DNA of 62,649 nucleotides, filler included, from an uncultured bacterium (GTDB taxonomy: Bacteria > B130-G9), in NCBI GenBank assembly GCA_965372715.1. It is 3 parts of 3 records of this genome, joined end to end, with 100 filler letters (N's around TTAATTAATTAA, not from the genome) between each part and the next. Parts side by side here need not be neighbours in the genome. Positions count along the whole stretch, not along the records: positions 21,992 to 43,372 come from CBDVDH010000061.1; 2 more parts are not named here. One strand, given 5' to 3'. Below are positions 27,614-36,885 of the stretch, piece by piece (the stretch's first letter is position 1; the number at the start of each line of letters is the position of its first letter). The translations under genes were made by a program, and so were the position numbers. The notes beneath the pieces are model-generated. The model was given only the letters and a program-made list of their open reading frames with translations. It made no database searches and was not told the origin of the DNA.

Positions 27614-28708
27614 CTAACGCCTCAGCTGCCGCAGCACCTTCTCAATCTCGTTATCCCCAATCGGCGCGGACAGAAACGCATTACCGAAATCGTGCAGCAG
27701 AATGAACCTCGGCTTGCCGTCTTTGGCCTTTGCATCAACGCGCATCTCGGGGAGGAGGCTTGCGGGGTCGATCTTTCGCGGCAAGTGTGTCGGGAGGCCG
27801 GCCTGCTCGATCACCTCACGCAGAAGCTCAACTCGTTCGGGGGCCAGAAAGCCGAGGTCTCGCGCCAAAAGAGCCGCGCCGTGCATCCCGATCCCCAGCG
27901 CCGCGCCGTGCGCCATCTCATAATTGGTAACCTTCTCGATGGCATACGTAATCGTGTGGCCCCAGTCGAGGACGAGCCGCTCGCCCGAAAGGCCAGTCTC
28001 GTCGCGCTCGATTATCGCTATCTTGATGCGGTTTGCCTCCATGATGTATTCGAGCACCTTGTCCGGGTTGCGAGCGGCGATCTCGGGCATATCCGCCTTC
28101 AGCTCGTCGATTTTGCCGCCGAGGCCTGCGACCTTGTTGATTATCTCCGCGATGCCGTTGACGAATTCAGCGTCCGGAAGCGTCTCGAGGCATTTGAGGT
28201 CGAGTATCGCGGCCTTTGGCTGGTAGAATGTGCCGATGAGGCTTTTCCCGAGCGGATGGTCAACCGCGCAGCCGCCGATGCCAATATCGACCTGTGCGAG
28301 CAGCGACGTCGGTATCTGAATGAACGGAATGCCTCGCTTGAAAGTCGCCGCCACGAAGTTCGTGATGTCCTGAACCACGCCGCCGCCGAGCGCGATGATG
28401 CAGGATTCACGGTCGATTCGGGCCTCTGCACAACTAAGATAGAGCTTTGCGACCGTCTCTAGGTTCTTGTGCCGCTCCCCGGCGGGTATCAGCGCCCATC
28501 GGATCGTCGCGGCGCCAAGTGCTTGCGAGAGTCTCTCCCCGTGCAGCCGTTTAACCTCGGGATTAGACGCGATGAGTATGTTGCCGCCGATTCCCGTGTC
28601 TTCTATGATACTGGGCAGGATTCCGAAGATGTCATGCCCGTAATACAGCCAGTAGCTGCGATCGCCAAACTCTGCGCGAGCTTTTTCCATTTTCACATGC
28701 GCCCTCAT
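27614..28708 (-). CDS. 3-dehydroquinate synthase (AroB)/sugar-phosphate cyclase family protein with a divergent active site
   Basis: GE..KNL, ALGGGVV.D, RGIPFIQIPT, HPLGK, FYQP, GHT and HG motifs. Confidence 0.85.
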   Translation of the reverse strand: MRAHVKMEKARAEFGDRSYWLYYGHDIFGILPSIIEDTGIGGNILIASNPEVKRLHGERLSQALGAATIRWALIPAGERHKNLETVAKLYLSCAEARIDRESCIIALGGGVVQDITNFVAATFKRGIPFIQIPTSLLAQVDIGIGGCAVDHPLGKSLIGTFYQPKAAILDLKCLETLPDAEFVNGIAEIINKVAGLGGKIDELKADMPEIAARNPDKVLEYIMEANRIKIAIIERDETGLSGERLVLDWGHTITYAIEKVTNYEMAHGAALGIGMHGAALLARDLGFLAPERVELLREVIEQAGLPTHLPRKIDPASLLPEMRVDAKAKDGKPRFILLHDFGNAFLSAPIGDNEIEKVLRQLRR

Positions 28709-28836
28709 GCACCCTATAAGTTAAATGGAACGCCAACCTCGAGGCTTGTTCTAGGCCTCGGACTCCAATTGCTGACGGCCCCGTTGTCCTGCCGATAGAG
28801 AGGAGGAGAGTCTAGCGGCGAGACCATCCTACCAGC

Positions 28837-29274
28837 TTAGGTGAGCCGAACGATGATCACTGAAATCCACGCCGCGAGGGCGACGCTCGCCGCTATAACT
28901 GCAGCAACAACAGCGCGCCGGCTCGCACAGTATATCTGGAGCTCATGCTCCCAGATGCTCAGCCTTATCCGCAAAAGGCGACGGTGTCGGTTGATAAGGG
29001 ACCAGAGTCTGTACCAGGCGAAATAAGCTCCTAGCGACATGGCGACAGATCGGACCGTAGAAAACGCCGCATCGACTTCCTCGATATCGCTCTCCGGTTG
29101 CGGAACAAAGGCAAAAACCAGCACGCAGACGAGCTGAAGGACGACGAAGTAGGCGGTATAACGCGCCACCAGTGGTTCTTCGGAGAAGAAGCGATATGTC
29201 CGAAGCGTCTCCCTCGGACTTGCCTTCGGGCTCTCAAGTTCTATCTCATCCATTGATCCGCTTCTCGCGTTCAC
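28837..29274 (-). CDS. Hypothetical membrane protein
   Basis: Three hydrophobic segments; co-oriented with its neighbours. Confidence 0.55.
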   Translation of the reverse strand: MNARSGSMDEIELESPKASPRETLRTYRFFSEEPLVARYTAYFVVLQLVCVLVFAFVPQPESDIEEVDAAFSTVRSVAMSLGAYFAWYRLWSLINRHRRLLRIRLSIWEHELQIYCASRRAVVAAVIAASVALAAWISVIIVRLT

Positions 29275-29305
29275 CGTGCTACCTTCCTGCTAACCGCCAA
29301 CTGAA

Positions 29306-29710
29306 TCATACCATGGGCAGAAGCGGCTTGTCGGGGGATTCAGGTCTGCCAACCAGCTTCTGCGCGACGGGGTCGATGTGCCAGTCCATCGCCTCAAGTG
29401 GAATGGCCCCCAGAAGCGTCCTGGTGCCCCTCGGCAGCTCGATGGCCCTTACCTGACACCTCCTGATCTGAACTTCGACATCAACCATCCCCACAACTCG
29501 GTATTCGTGCCCGGCGTCATCGGCAGTGAAGACAGATATCTTGTCTATGGGTTCAAGCCTAAGACGCTCGACGATCTCCGCTGGTAGAGCCAATTCCATT
29601 GCTCCTGAATCAACGATTGCGTCGCAGACGACCTCTTCGCCTTGTTTCTCCTTCGGCAGAAACCTGTTCTGCCAGTTGCGCAACGTAACCTTCACTGAAA
29701 ACGCGCCCAT
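29306..29710 (-). CDS. Clan AA (retropepsin-like) aspartic protease, copy 1
   Basis: AIVDSGA catalytic motif; LLGAIPLE. Confidence 0.85.
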   Translation of the reverse strand: MGAFSVKVTLRNWQNRFLPKEKQGEEVVCDAIVDSGAMELALPAEIVERLRLEPIDKISVFTADDAGHEYRVVGMVDVEVQIRRCQVRAIELPRGTRTLLGAIPLEAMDWHIDPVAQKLVGRPESPDKPLLPMV

Positions 29711-29771
29711 TTTCTAATGTCTCCTCGACCTTCCCCCTAGCCACAAGCTGCAACTCAAACCACCGCCCGTT

Positions 29772-30176
29772 TCAGCACATGAGAATCAGTGGGCGATCAG
29801 GAGATTCCGGGCTGGGAACTAGCTTGCCGCGAGAGGGGTCGATGTGCCAGTCCATCGCCTCAAGCGGAAAAGCGCCCAACAAAGGTCTTGCGCCCGCGGG
29901 CAGTTCAACGGCTCTGACCTGGCATCTCCGGCCCTCGACCTCGAGCTCGACCATTCCAGTGACCCGATATTCGCGCCTTCTGCCATCAGCAGTGTATGCC
30001 GTGGTTTTGTCGAGCTCAACAAGCCTGAGTCTCTCGACTACGTCGGAGGGAATTGCAAGCTCGGTTGCTCCTGAATCAACGATTGCATCGCAGACCACTT
30101 CTTCACCGCGTTGGTCTTCCGGCAGAAACCTATTCTGCCAATTGCGAAGCGTAACCTTCACTGAAAATGTACCCAT
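29772..30176 (-). CDS. Clan AA (retropepsin-like) aspartic protease, copy 2
   Basis: AIVDSGA; LLGAFPLE; close paralog of copy 1. Confidence 0.85.
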   Translation of the reverse strand: MGTFSVKVTLRNWQNRFLPEDQRGEEVVCDAIVDSGATELAIPSDVVERLRLVELDKTTAYTADGRRREYRVTGMVELEVEGRRCQVRAVELPAGARPLLGAFPLEAMDWHIDPSRGKLVPSPESPDRPLILMC

Positions 30177-30241
30177 TAGATCTCCTTTCGGTTCCTCCCC
30201 AATTCACAATCTACACCTGGCAACTGCCAACCGCCAACATT

Positions 30242-33200
30242 CTATTTGATGTCCTCAAGCAGCGCCTCGACCGCCTTTTTGAGCTGGTCGTCGCTCGTCA
30301 TGCTGTAGTCCTGCTCGGGCGGGTTCTCGACGTGGATGTCGGGCTTCACGCCGACGCCTTCCAGTTCTTTCCCCTCGAGCGTGTAGGCGCCCCACTGCGG
30401 GATCATAAAAAGCGTCCCGTCGAGAAGGCGCTGGTAACCACTTATGGAGATAACGTCTCCCGGCGTCGGCACGCCGATCAGCTTCCCGAGCCCCAGCTCG
30501 CGAAACGAATACGGAAACACCTCGGCGGCGCTCGTCGAATACTCATTCGTGATAACGGCGACTGGCTTCCGCCAGTTGAAACGAGGCTGCATGACCTTGA
30601 GTGATTTGTCCCTGTCCTCGAAGTAGAAATAGACGTCCCGCCCCAGAACGGATAGGAGTTGGTCGTGGAGGTTGCCTCCGCCGTTGTAGCGCACGTCAAC
30701 GATCAATGCCTCCTTGTCGTCCATCTCGTGCGTCAGGTCGCGCAGGAACTCCTTATAGCTTCTGCGGCTCATGGAGCGGATGTGCGTGTAGCCGACCTTG
30801 CCGTCGCTGAACTTTGAAACGAGCGCCTTGCGGGACTCGACCCACGCCAGATACACCTTGTCGGAGATGTCCCGCCACGACCACGCCTTTACAGTGATGA
30901 GCCTCGGCTCTCCACGGCCGCCAGTAAGGACCTCAAGGTCAACCATCTCGTCAACTCTGCCCTTCAAGAGGCCGAATGGGTTGGTCGTCCTGTTAACTTT
31001 GATACCATCGATTGACAGAACCACGTCCCCCACCGCGATCTCGCTCCCCGGCAGATCGCTCGGCCCGTCTGGCACGACCTTTGATACTCGCAGACCCCGG
31101 CCCTGCCACTTGGCGTCGAAACGCAGCCCCAGCTGGCCTGTCTCCTCGTAGTTCGGGTCGCGCGGCGGCCAGACTGCTGTGTGCGAGGCGCGAAGTTCGC
31201 CGACCATCTGTGACAGGAGTATCACGAACTCCTCCTGTGTGGCGACGGTCTCAAGCAGCGGGAGGTACTTTTCGTTGACCTTGGCCCAATCGACGCCGTG
31301 GAAGTCCTTGTCGTAGAAGTAGGTTTCAATCGCACGCCAGGCCTCGTTGAACATCTGGCGCCGTTCCGCCTTGTGATCTATCTTCATCTTGGCCATGAAT
31401 GGCACTGGTTTGGTCATTCCGTTGACGGAGACCTTCGTGAATGTGCCGCCTCTGCTGAGTATGAACATCTCCTTGCTCTTGGGGCCCCAGAGTATCTGCT
31501 GCGGATTGAGCCCAAAGGACGTCAGTCGCTTCGATTTCTTCCCGAACTCATCGACTATGTAGATGTCGCTCTTGCCAAAGGCACTCGACCCGAACGCATA
31601 AGTCTTGCCATCCGGCGACACCGAAAGCGCCCAAGCGTTTCCCTGCGTTCTTGAGACCTTCATAGCTCGCAGGTGGATGTCCTCGATGTCGATTTGAAGT
31701 TCCCTTTTCTTCTTTTCGGGAGGTTTTTTCCGCCTCAAAAAATCCCAGAACTTCTTCTTGGTTTTTCTCTTTGTCGCGGCTTTTTTGTCCTTCTTCGATT
31801 TCTTGGTCGCTTTCTCTTCTTCCTCGCCGTCGCGCCTCGCCCGGTATTTCTCCTCGTCCTTCTTAGTCAGAAAAACGTGCCACACGTCCGTCTGGTGGGT
31901 GCGTTGCAATCTGGAGTCCCTGTTGGACAAGAACACGATCTTCTTGCCGTCCTTGCTTATTCGTGGGTTATGGTCCCATGCTGGGTTCTTGGTGATATTG
32001 TGCAGCTCAGCGCCGTCGCTTGAGACGACAAAGATATCCGACTGCCACCCGGAACACATCTTGGAGAAGACCAGCCAGGCCCCCTTGGGTCCCCACGCGA
32101 CACTCCGCATAAAGGGCCCTTCTGCGAGCAGTTTGCTGTTCTTACCGCTTGAGTCCATCACGTAGAGGTCCCCGCGCCCCTTTAGATAAGCGATCTTCCT
32201 GCCGTCAGGGGACCACACGGGTGCATACTCCGCTGCGTCCGTGGTAACGAGTGGGGTCGTCTTGCGGCGCCTCGAGTGGGAGAGCCGCTTCTCCTTGGGA
32301 TCGTCCGACTGCATCACGAATATGTCCCGGTTGCCGTTGCGGTCGGAGCTGAACGCCAGCTTCTTGGCCTTCGGCTCCCACGCGAGGCCATCCTCTCTGG
32401 CCGGGGTCTCGGTCAACCGAACCCACTTCTTGGCCTTGGACGCTTTCATCGCGAATAGCTCACCCCGTACGACGAAGGCGATCTGCTTGCCGTCCCGTGA
32501 CAGCGCGAATTCGGATGCCTTCCGGCTGAAGGTGTTGAGCTCCACTTGGTTGTGTTTGAGGTCGCTTGGGGCCTGAATCGGGACCTTCTTGTGCTCCCCG
32601 GTCGCCGGGTCAACGGCATATATCTCGACGTCGAGCTCGCAGACGATCTTCGAGCCGTTCAGCGCGATCTGCGCGTGGATGACCCCGTCCGTCGCGAAGT
32701 CGGACACCTTCCGGGCATCACCACCTGCAACCGGCTTGGCCCATACATTGGTCACGCCGTTCCGATCGGACAGGAAGTAGAGCTCAGAACCGTCCGGCGA
32801 CCACATCGGGTCGGTATCTGTGCCCTCGAAGTCGGTGAACTGCACGGCCGGCGTCCCATCCAGCAACTTCAGCCAGATTTCTCGATCTGCGCTGCCGCGA
32901 TAGCCTCTGCGCCACCAGGGAATAGAGCCCCGCACAAAGGCTAGCGTTCGAGCATCGGGGGAGAGGACTCCGTTACTGCCCGAACAGTCGATGAGCCTCG
33001 TCGGGAGGCCCCCATCCGGAGAGACCGCAAAGATCGAACCCGCCGAGACGGGCGTGTTGAACTCGCGGCGTGAGTGAAAAAGGATGCTCCTGCCATCGGG
33101 CGCCCAAGAGTAGAGGCCATCGCCTCCTCCGTGGAACGTGAGCCTCGTTGGAACCCCGCCCGATGATGGCATTACGAAGATGTCCGTGTTGTATTCCCTG

Positions 33201-33490
33201 TTCGAGGAGAACGCGAGCCACTTACCGTCGGGCGACCAACACGACGGGCCGTCGAACTTCGAGTGAACCGTGAGCCTCGCGGCCCGGCCACCCTCCGCCG
33301 GAACCATCCAGATGTCCCCGAGATAAGTAAACGCGATCGTCTGGCCGTCGGGCGATATCGAGGGGTACCTCGCGCCAATTATGGACTTCGCGCCTTCGTC
33401 GGGAGCGGCGTCTTGCCCCAAACCAGAGATACACAATGCGATCAGACATAGTGTGCTCAGGGATATCGACATTACTCTTATGATTCTCAT
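30242..33490 (-). CDS. Tricorn-like S41 peptidase (propellers, PDZ, catalytic domain), basic paralog
   Basis: Signal peptide; PD40 repeats; GELRASH, DVRYNGGG, STSAAE and GVKPDI motifs. Confidence 0.92.
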   Translation of the reverse strand: MRIIRVMSISLSTLCLIALCISGLGQDAAPDEGAKSIIGARYPSISPDGQTIAFTYLGDIWMVPAEGGRAARLTVHSKFDGPSCWSPDGKWLAFSSNREYNTDIFVMPSSGGVPTRLTFHGGGDGLYSWAPDGRSILFHSRREFNTPVSAGSIFAVSPDGGLPTRLIDCSGSNGVLSPDARTLAFVRGSIPWWRRGYRGSADREIWLKLLDGTPAVQFTDFEGTDTDPMWSPDGSELYFLSDRNGVTNVWAKPVAGGDARKVSDFATDGVIHAQIALNGSKIVCELDVEIYAVDPATGEHKKVPIQAPSDLKHNQVELNTFSRKASEFALSRDGKQIAFVVRGELFAMKASKAKKWVRLTETPAREDGLAWEPKAKKLAFSSDRNGNRDIFVMQSDDPKEKRLSHSRRRKTTPLVTTDAAEYAPVWSPDGRKIAYLKGRGDLYVMDSSGKNSKLLAEGPFMRSVAWGPKGAWLVFSKMCSGWQSDIFVVSSDGAELHNITKNPAWDHNPRISKDGKKIVFLSNRDSRLQRTHQTDVWHVFLTKKDEEKYRARRDGEEEEKATKKSKKDKKAATKRKTKKKFWDFLRRKKPPEKKKRELQIDIEDIHLRAMKVSRTQGNAWALSVSPDGKTYAFGSSAFGKSDIYIVDEFGKKSKRLTSFGLNPQQILWGPKSKEMFILSRGGTFTKVSVNGMTKPVPFMAKMKIDHKAERRQMFNEAWRAIETYFYDKDFHGVDWAKVNEKYLPLLETVATQEEFVILLSQMVGELRASHTAVWPPRDPNYEETGQLGLRFDAKWQGRGLRVSKVVPDGPSDLPGSEIAVGDVVLSIDGIKVNRTTNPFGLLKGRVDEMVDLEVLTGGRGEPRLITVKAWSWRDISDKVYLAWVESRKALVSKFSDGKVGYTHIRSMSRRSYKEFLRDLTHEMDDKEALIVDVRYNGGGNLHDQLLSVLGRDVYFYFEDRDKSLKVMQPRFNWRKPVAVITNEYSTSAAEVFPYSFRELGLGKLIGVPTPGDVISISGYQRLLDGTLFMIPQWGAYTLEGKELEGVGVKPDIHVENPPEQDYSMTSDDQLKKAVEALLEDIK

Positions 33491-33500
33491 GGTTCCCCTC

Positions 33501-36500
33501 CTATTCTCTCTCGGACAATTGTTTCAGAAGCTCCTCGACCGCCATCTCGAGCTGAGCGTCGCTCGTCTCGCTGAAATCCTGCTCCGGTGGGTTATCGACG
33601 TAGATGTCAGGCTCGATGCCCATGTTTTCGAGCGTCTCTCCTTCGAGCGTGAAGCAGCCGCTGCTCGGGAGCCGGAACCAGGTGCCGTCAAGAAGGCGCA
33701 CACCCCCCGTCCCGATGACGCCGCCCCCTGTCGGCACGCCTATCAGCTTACCGATGCCCAGCTTACGGAACGAGAATGGGAATATCTCAGCATCGCTGAA
33801 AGAGTATTCGTTCGTGAGCGTCACGGCAGGCTTCTCCCAATGGAACTTCGGTTGATATTCCCGCATGGCGCCGGCGCGGTCCTCAAGATAAAAATACTTG
33901 TCTCGACCCAGGACAGAGAGTATCCGATCGTGCGTGTAGCCGCCGCCGTTATATCGAACGTCAACGATCAGCGCCTCCTTGTCATAGACATCAATCATCA
34001 GCTCCCGCAGGAAATCCCTGAAGCTCCGCATATTCATGCCTTGTATATGGATGTAGCCAATGCGGCCATCGCTGAACTCCTCGACCAACCTCTTGCGGGA
34101 TGCCACCCACATCTTGTAGGTGTCGGTATAGATGCCCCACCAGGTCGCGGCCTTGACCGTAACTGTTCTCGTCTTGCCCCCGGGCTTCTTGGCGACTTTG
34201 AGGTCAATCTTCTTCCACGCCTTGCCGCTTAAGATCGAAGACAAGTTGATGTCCCCTCCGACCTCGGCGCCGTCTATCTTGACCACTATCTCGCCGATCT
34301 TCACCACGCTGTCAGGCTTGTCGCAGGGACCGTCTTTGATGACCCTCTTGACTTTCAGGCCCTTACCCTCCCAGTCGGCGTCAAAGTCGAGCCCCAGGTA
34401 GCCCGTCTCTCGCTCAATGTCCCACTTGCGTGGCCCGCCGCCCCACGCGCCTAAATGCGACGCCTTCAGCTCGCCTGCCATCTGAACTAAGAGCATCAGG
34501 AAATCCTCGTGGGTTTGCACCGTTTCGAGGAACGGTAGATACTTCTCCCGCACCGCATCCCAATCGACCCCGTGGAAATCAGCGTCATAGAAGTGCGTAT
34601 TCAGTCCGCGCCACGCCTCAAGAAACATCTGCCGCCTTTCCGCCTCGTGGTCGATCTCCATCTTGGCGGTGTAGGGCACGTTCCCGGTCGAGATCTTCTC
34701 TTTTCGTGTCCCCTTATCCTCGATTCGGGCCGCGATTATCGCTCCGTTGCTTCCCAGAACATAGAGCCGCTCGTCGTCAGGGCCCCAGATGATGTTACGC
34801 ACGTCCGTCTGAGTTACCTTGCGGAGCTTCTGGCCGAACTCGTTCACCAGGAAGACCTCACCCTTGCCGATTGCGCCGGTTGAAAAAGCCAAGTTACGGC
34901 CGTCGTGCGACACCGCAAGATATCCTTCGCTGCCACCAAGTGTCGTGACGCGCGTTGCCCTCCGCTCTATGCCATCAAAGTTGATTCTAACCTTCCCGGC
35001 GTGCCCACTATTTCTTCTGGAGAGGATATCCTCTTGGTCCTCGTCGGGCAGGTCCTCACGATACTCCTTGCGCCTCAGCAGGAAATCCTCGTGGTCCTCC
35101 TTGGTCAAGAACACCTGCCAGATGTCGTGTTCGCCCCAGCTCTCGATGTCAGCAGCTCGATTCGACATGAAGGCAATCCTCTTGCCGTCCCAAGACCAAG
35201 CTGGTGAATGATCCGACGAAACGTGGCTCGTGATGTTGTGCACGCCGCCAGAATCAACCGACACGACGTAGATGTCAGATGTCCAGAAGTCTCCCGATCT
35301 CTGGAACGCTATCCACCTCGAATCCGGTGACCAGAAGATGGAGCCAACGTTCGGGCCCTTCACGAGAAGCTTCTTGTCCGTCCCGTCGGCGTTCATGAGC
35401 CAAAGGTGGCCGCGGTCCTCCAGGTAGGCGATCTTCTTTCCGTCCGGGGACCATCTCGGCGAATGCTCCTCGCTGTCAGAGGTCGCAAGCGGGATGGTTT
35501 CCCGGCGCCTCGACCTGCCAAGCATCGGCTCACTCTCGTCTGTCGATTCCAGCACGAAAATGTCCGTCGTGCCCCCCCGGTCCGAGCAAAAGAGCAGCTT
35601 CCTGCTGTCAGGAGACCAAGCGACGGCGCTTTCCCTCGCCGCGGTCTTGGTGAGGCGCATCGCTTTGCCACCGATTCGTTTCACGGCGAATATCTCGCCG
35701 CGCACAACGAACGCTATCTGAGCGCCGTCGGGCGAAAGCGCGATCTCGGATGCCTCGCTCGTGTAGGTCTTTGGCTCTATCACGTTGTACTTGACGTCGC
35801 TCGGCGCGAAGATATCGAGCCTTCTCGTGTCGCCTGTCGCTGGATTGACGGTGTGGATATAACCGTCGAGATAGCACGTGATTCTCGACCCGTCCCGCGC
35901 GATGCTGGCGAATGCCGCGCCGTCGGCAGCGAAGCCGCTAACCCTCTGTGGCTCGCCGCCCGTCTGGGGAATCACCCACACATTCGTTATCCCGTCCCTG
36001 TCAGAAAGGAAGTAGATGCTCTCGCCGTCGGGCGACCACATCGGGTCTGTGTCCTTGCCGTCGAACTCGGTGAGCCTCTTGCCGGGCGAGCCATCTAAGA
36101 GATTCAGCCATATATCATTGTCGCAGCTGCCGTGGTATGCCTTCCGCCACCAGGCGGTTACGCCGCGCACGAACGCCAGCGTGCTCCCATCGGGGGACAA
36201 CGCCCCTCGGCTGCCGGTGCAGTTGATCAGCCTTTTGGGCTGACCACCGTCAACACTGATCCTGTAGATCACGCCCTCCCGCAGAGGCGAGTTCACCTCC
36301 CGCCGAGAATCGAAAATGATCCACTTGCCATCTTTTGACCAGTCGCGCACGACGTCCGAGGTTGAGTTGAATGTCAGCTGCCGAGGCGTCCCGCCGTCCG
36401 CCGGGATTATGAAGATATCCGCATTGAACTCCCGCGACGACGTAAATGCTATGAACTTGCCATCAGGCGACCAGCAGGAGTTGCTCTCGTGTCCCTCATG

Positions 36501-36725
36501 CACCGTCAGTCTTGTCGCCCCGCCTCCTTCAGCGGGGACCAACCAAAGGTCGCCCAGGTAGCTGAAACATATCGTCTTGCCGTCCGGCGAAAGCGACGGA
36601 TGCTTTGCGCCCAGAATCGGCGCCGACTCGGCGAACCCCACGTTGCCGCCCCAGACAGCGATGCACAATGCGGCCAAACAAAGAATGAAGATAGGCCGCG
36701 GTCGAACTCCCGTATCTGTCATCAA
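33501..36725 (-). CDS. Tricorn-like S41 peptidase, second paralog
   Basis: PD40 repeats; GELKASH, DVRYNGGG, SFSDAE and GIEPDI motifs. Confidence 0.92.
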   Translation of the reverse strand: MMTDTGVRPRPIFILCLAALCIAVWGGNVGFAESAPILGAKHPSLSPDGKTICFSYLGDLWLVPAEGGGATRLTVHEGHESNSCWSPDGKFIAFTSSREFNADIFIIPADGGTPRQLTFNSTSDVVRDWSKDGKWIIFDSRREVNSPLREGVIYRISVDGGQPKRLINCTGSRGALSPDGSTLAFVRGVTAWWRKAYHGSCDNDIWLNLLDGSPGKRLTEFDGKDTDPMWSPDGESIYFLSDRDGITNVWVIPQTGGEPQRVSGFAADGAAFASIARDGSRITCYLDGYIHTVNPATGDTRRLDIFAPSDVKYNVIEPKTYTSEASEIALSPDGAQIAFVVRGEIFAVKRIGGKAMRLTKTAARESAVAWSPDSRKLLFCSDRGGTTDIFVLESTDESEPMLGRSRRRETIPLATSDSEEHSPRWSPDGKKIAYLEDRGHLWLMNADGTDKKLLVKGPNVGSIFWSPDSRWIAFQRSGDFWTSDIYVVSVDSGGVHNITSHVSSDHSPAWSWDGKRIAFMSNRAADIESWGEHDIWQVFLTKEDHEDFLLRRKEYREDLPDEDQEDILSRRNSGHAGKVRINFDGIERRATRVTTLGGSEGYLAVSHDGRNLAFSTGAIGKGEVFLVNEFGQKLRKVTQTDVRNIIWGPDDERLYVLGSNGAIIAARIEDKGTRKEKISTGNVPYTAKMEIDHEAERRQMFLEAWRGLNTHFYDADFHGVDWDAVREKYLPFLETVQTHEDFLMLLVQMAGELKASHLGAWGGGPRKWDIERETGYLGLDFDADWEGKGLKVKRVIKDGPCDKPDSVVKIGEIVVKIDGAEVGGDINLSSILSGKAWKKIDLKVAKKPGGKTRTVTVKAATWWGIYTDTYKMWVASRKRLVEEFSDGRIGYIHIQGMNMRSFRDFLRELMIDVYDKEALIVDVRYNGGGYTHDRILSVLGRDKYFYLEDRAGAMREYQPKFHWEKPAVTLTNEYSFSDAEIFPFSFRKLGIGKLIGVPTGGGVIGTGGVRLLDGTWFRLPSSGCFTLEGETLENMGIEPDIYVDNPPEQDFSETSDAQLEMAVEELLKQLSERE

Positions 36726-36825
36726 CTCAATCTCCCGTCCTTCTTTTCGCCTATGGTTAATTCGTCGTACCGTAACACCATGTCCGGGGAGGGGGCAGGC
36801 TGGAAAGCCCGCCCTACACCGCCAA

Positions 36826-36857
36826 TCCGCCTTCGCACAAGGCTATGGCGGACAAGC
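36826..36857. repeat. Palindromic repeat CCGCCTTCGC.CAAGGCTA.GGCGG (related copy at about 39020-39047)
   Basis: Related inverted copy TGTCGGCCGTAGCCTTGGCGAAGGAGG. Confidence 0.55.
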
Positions 36858-36885
36858 CCGCCCCATGCTGCCAACCGCCAACTGG

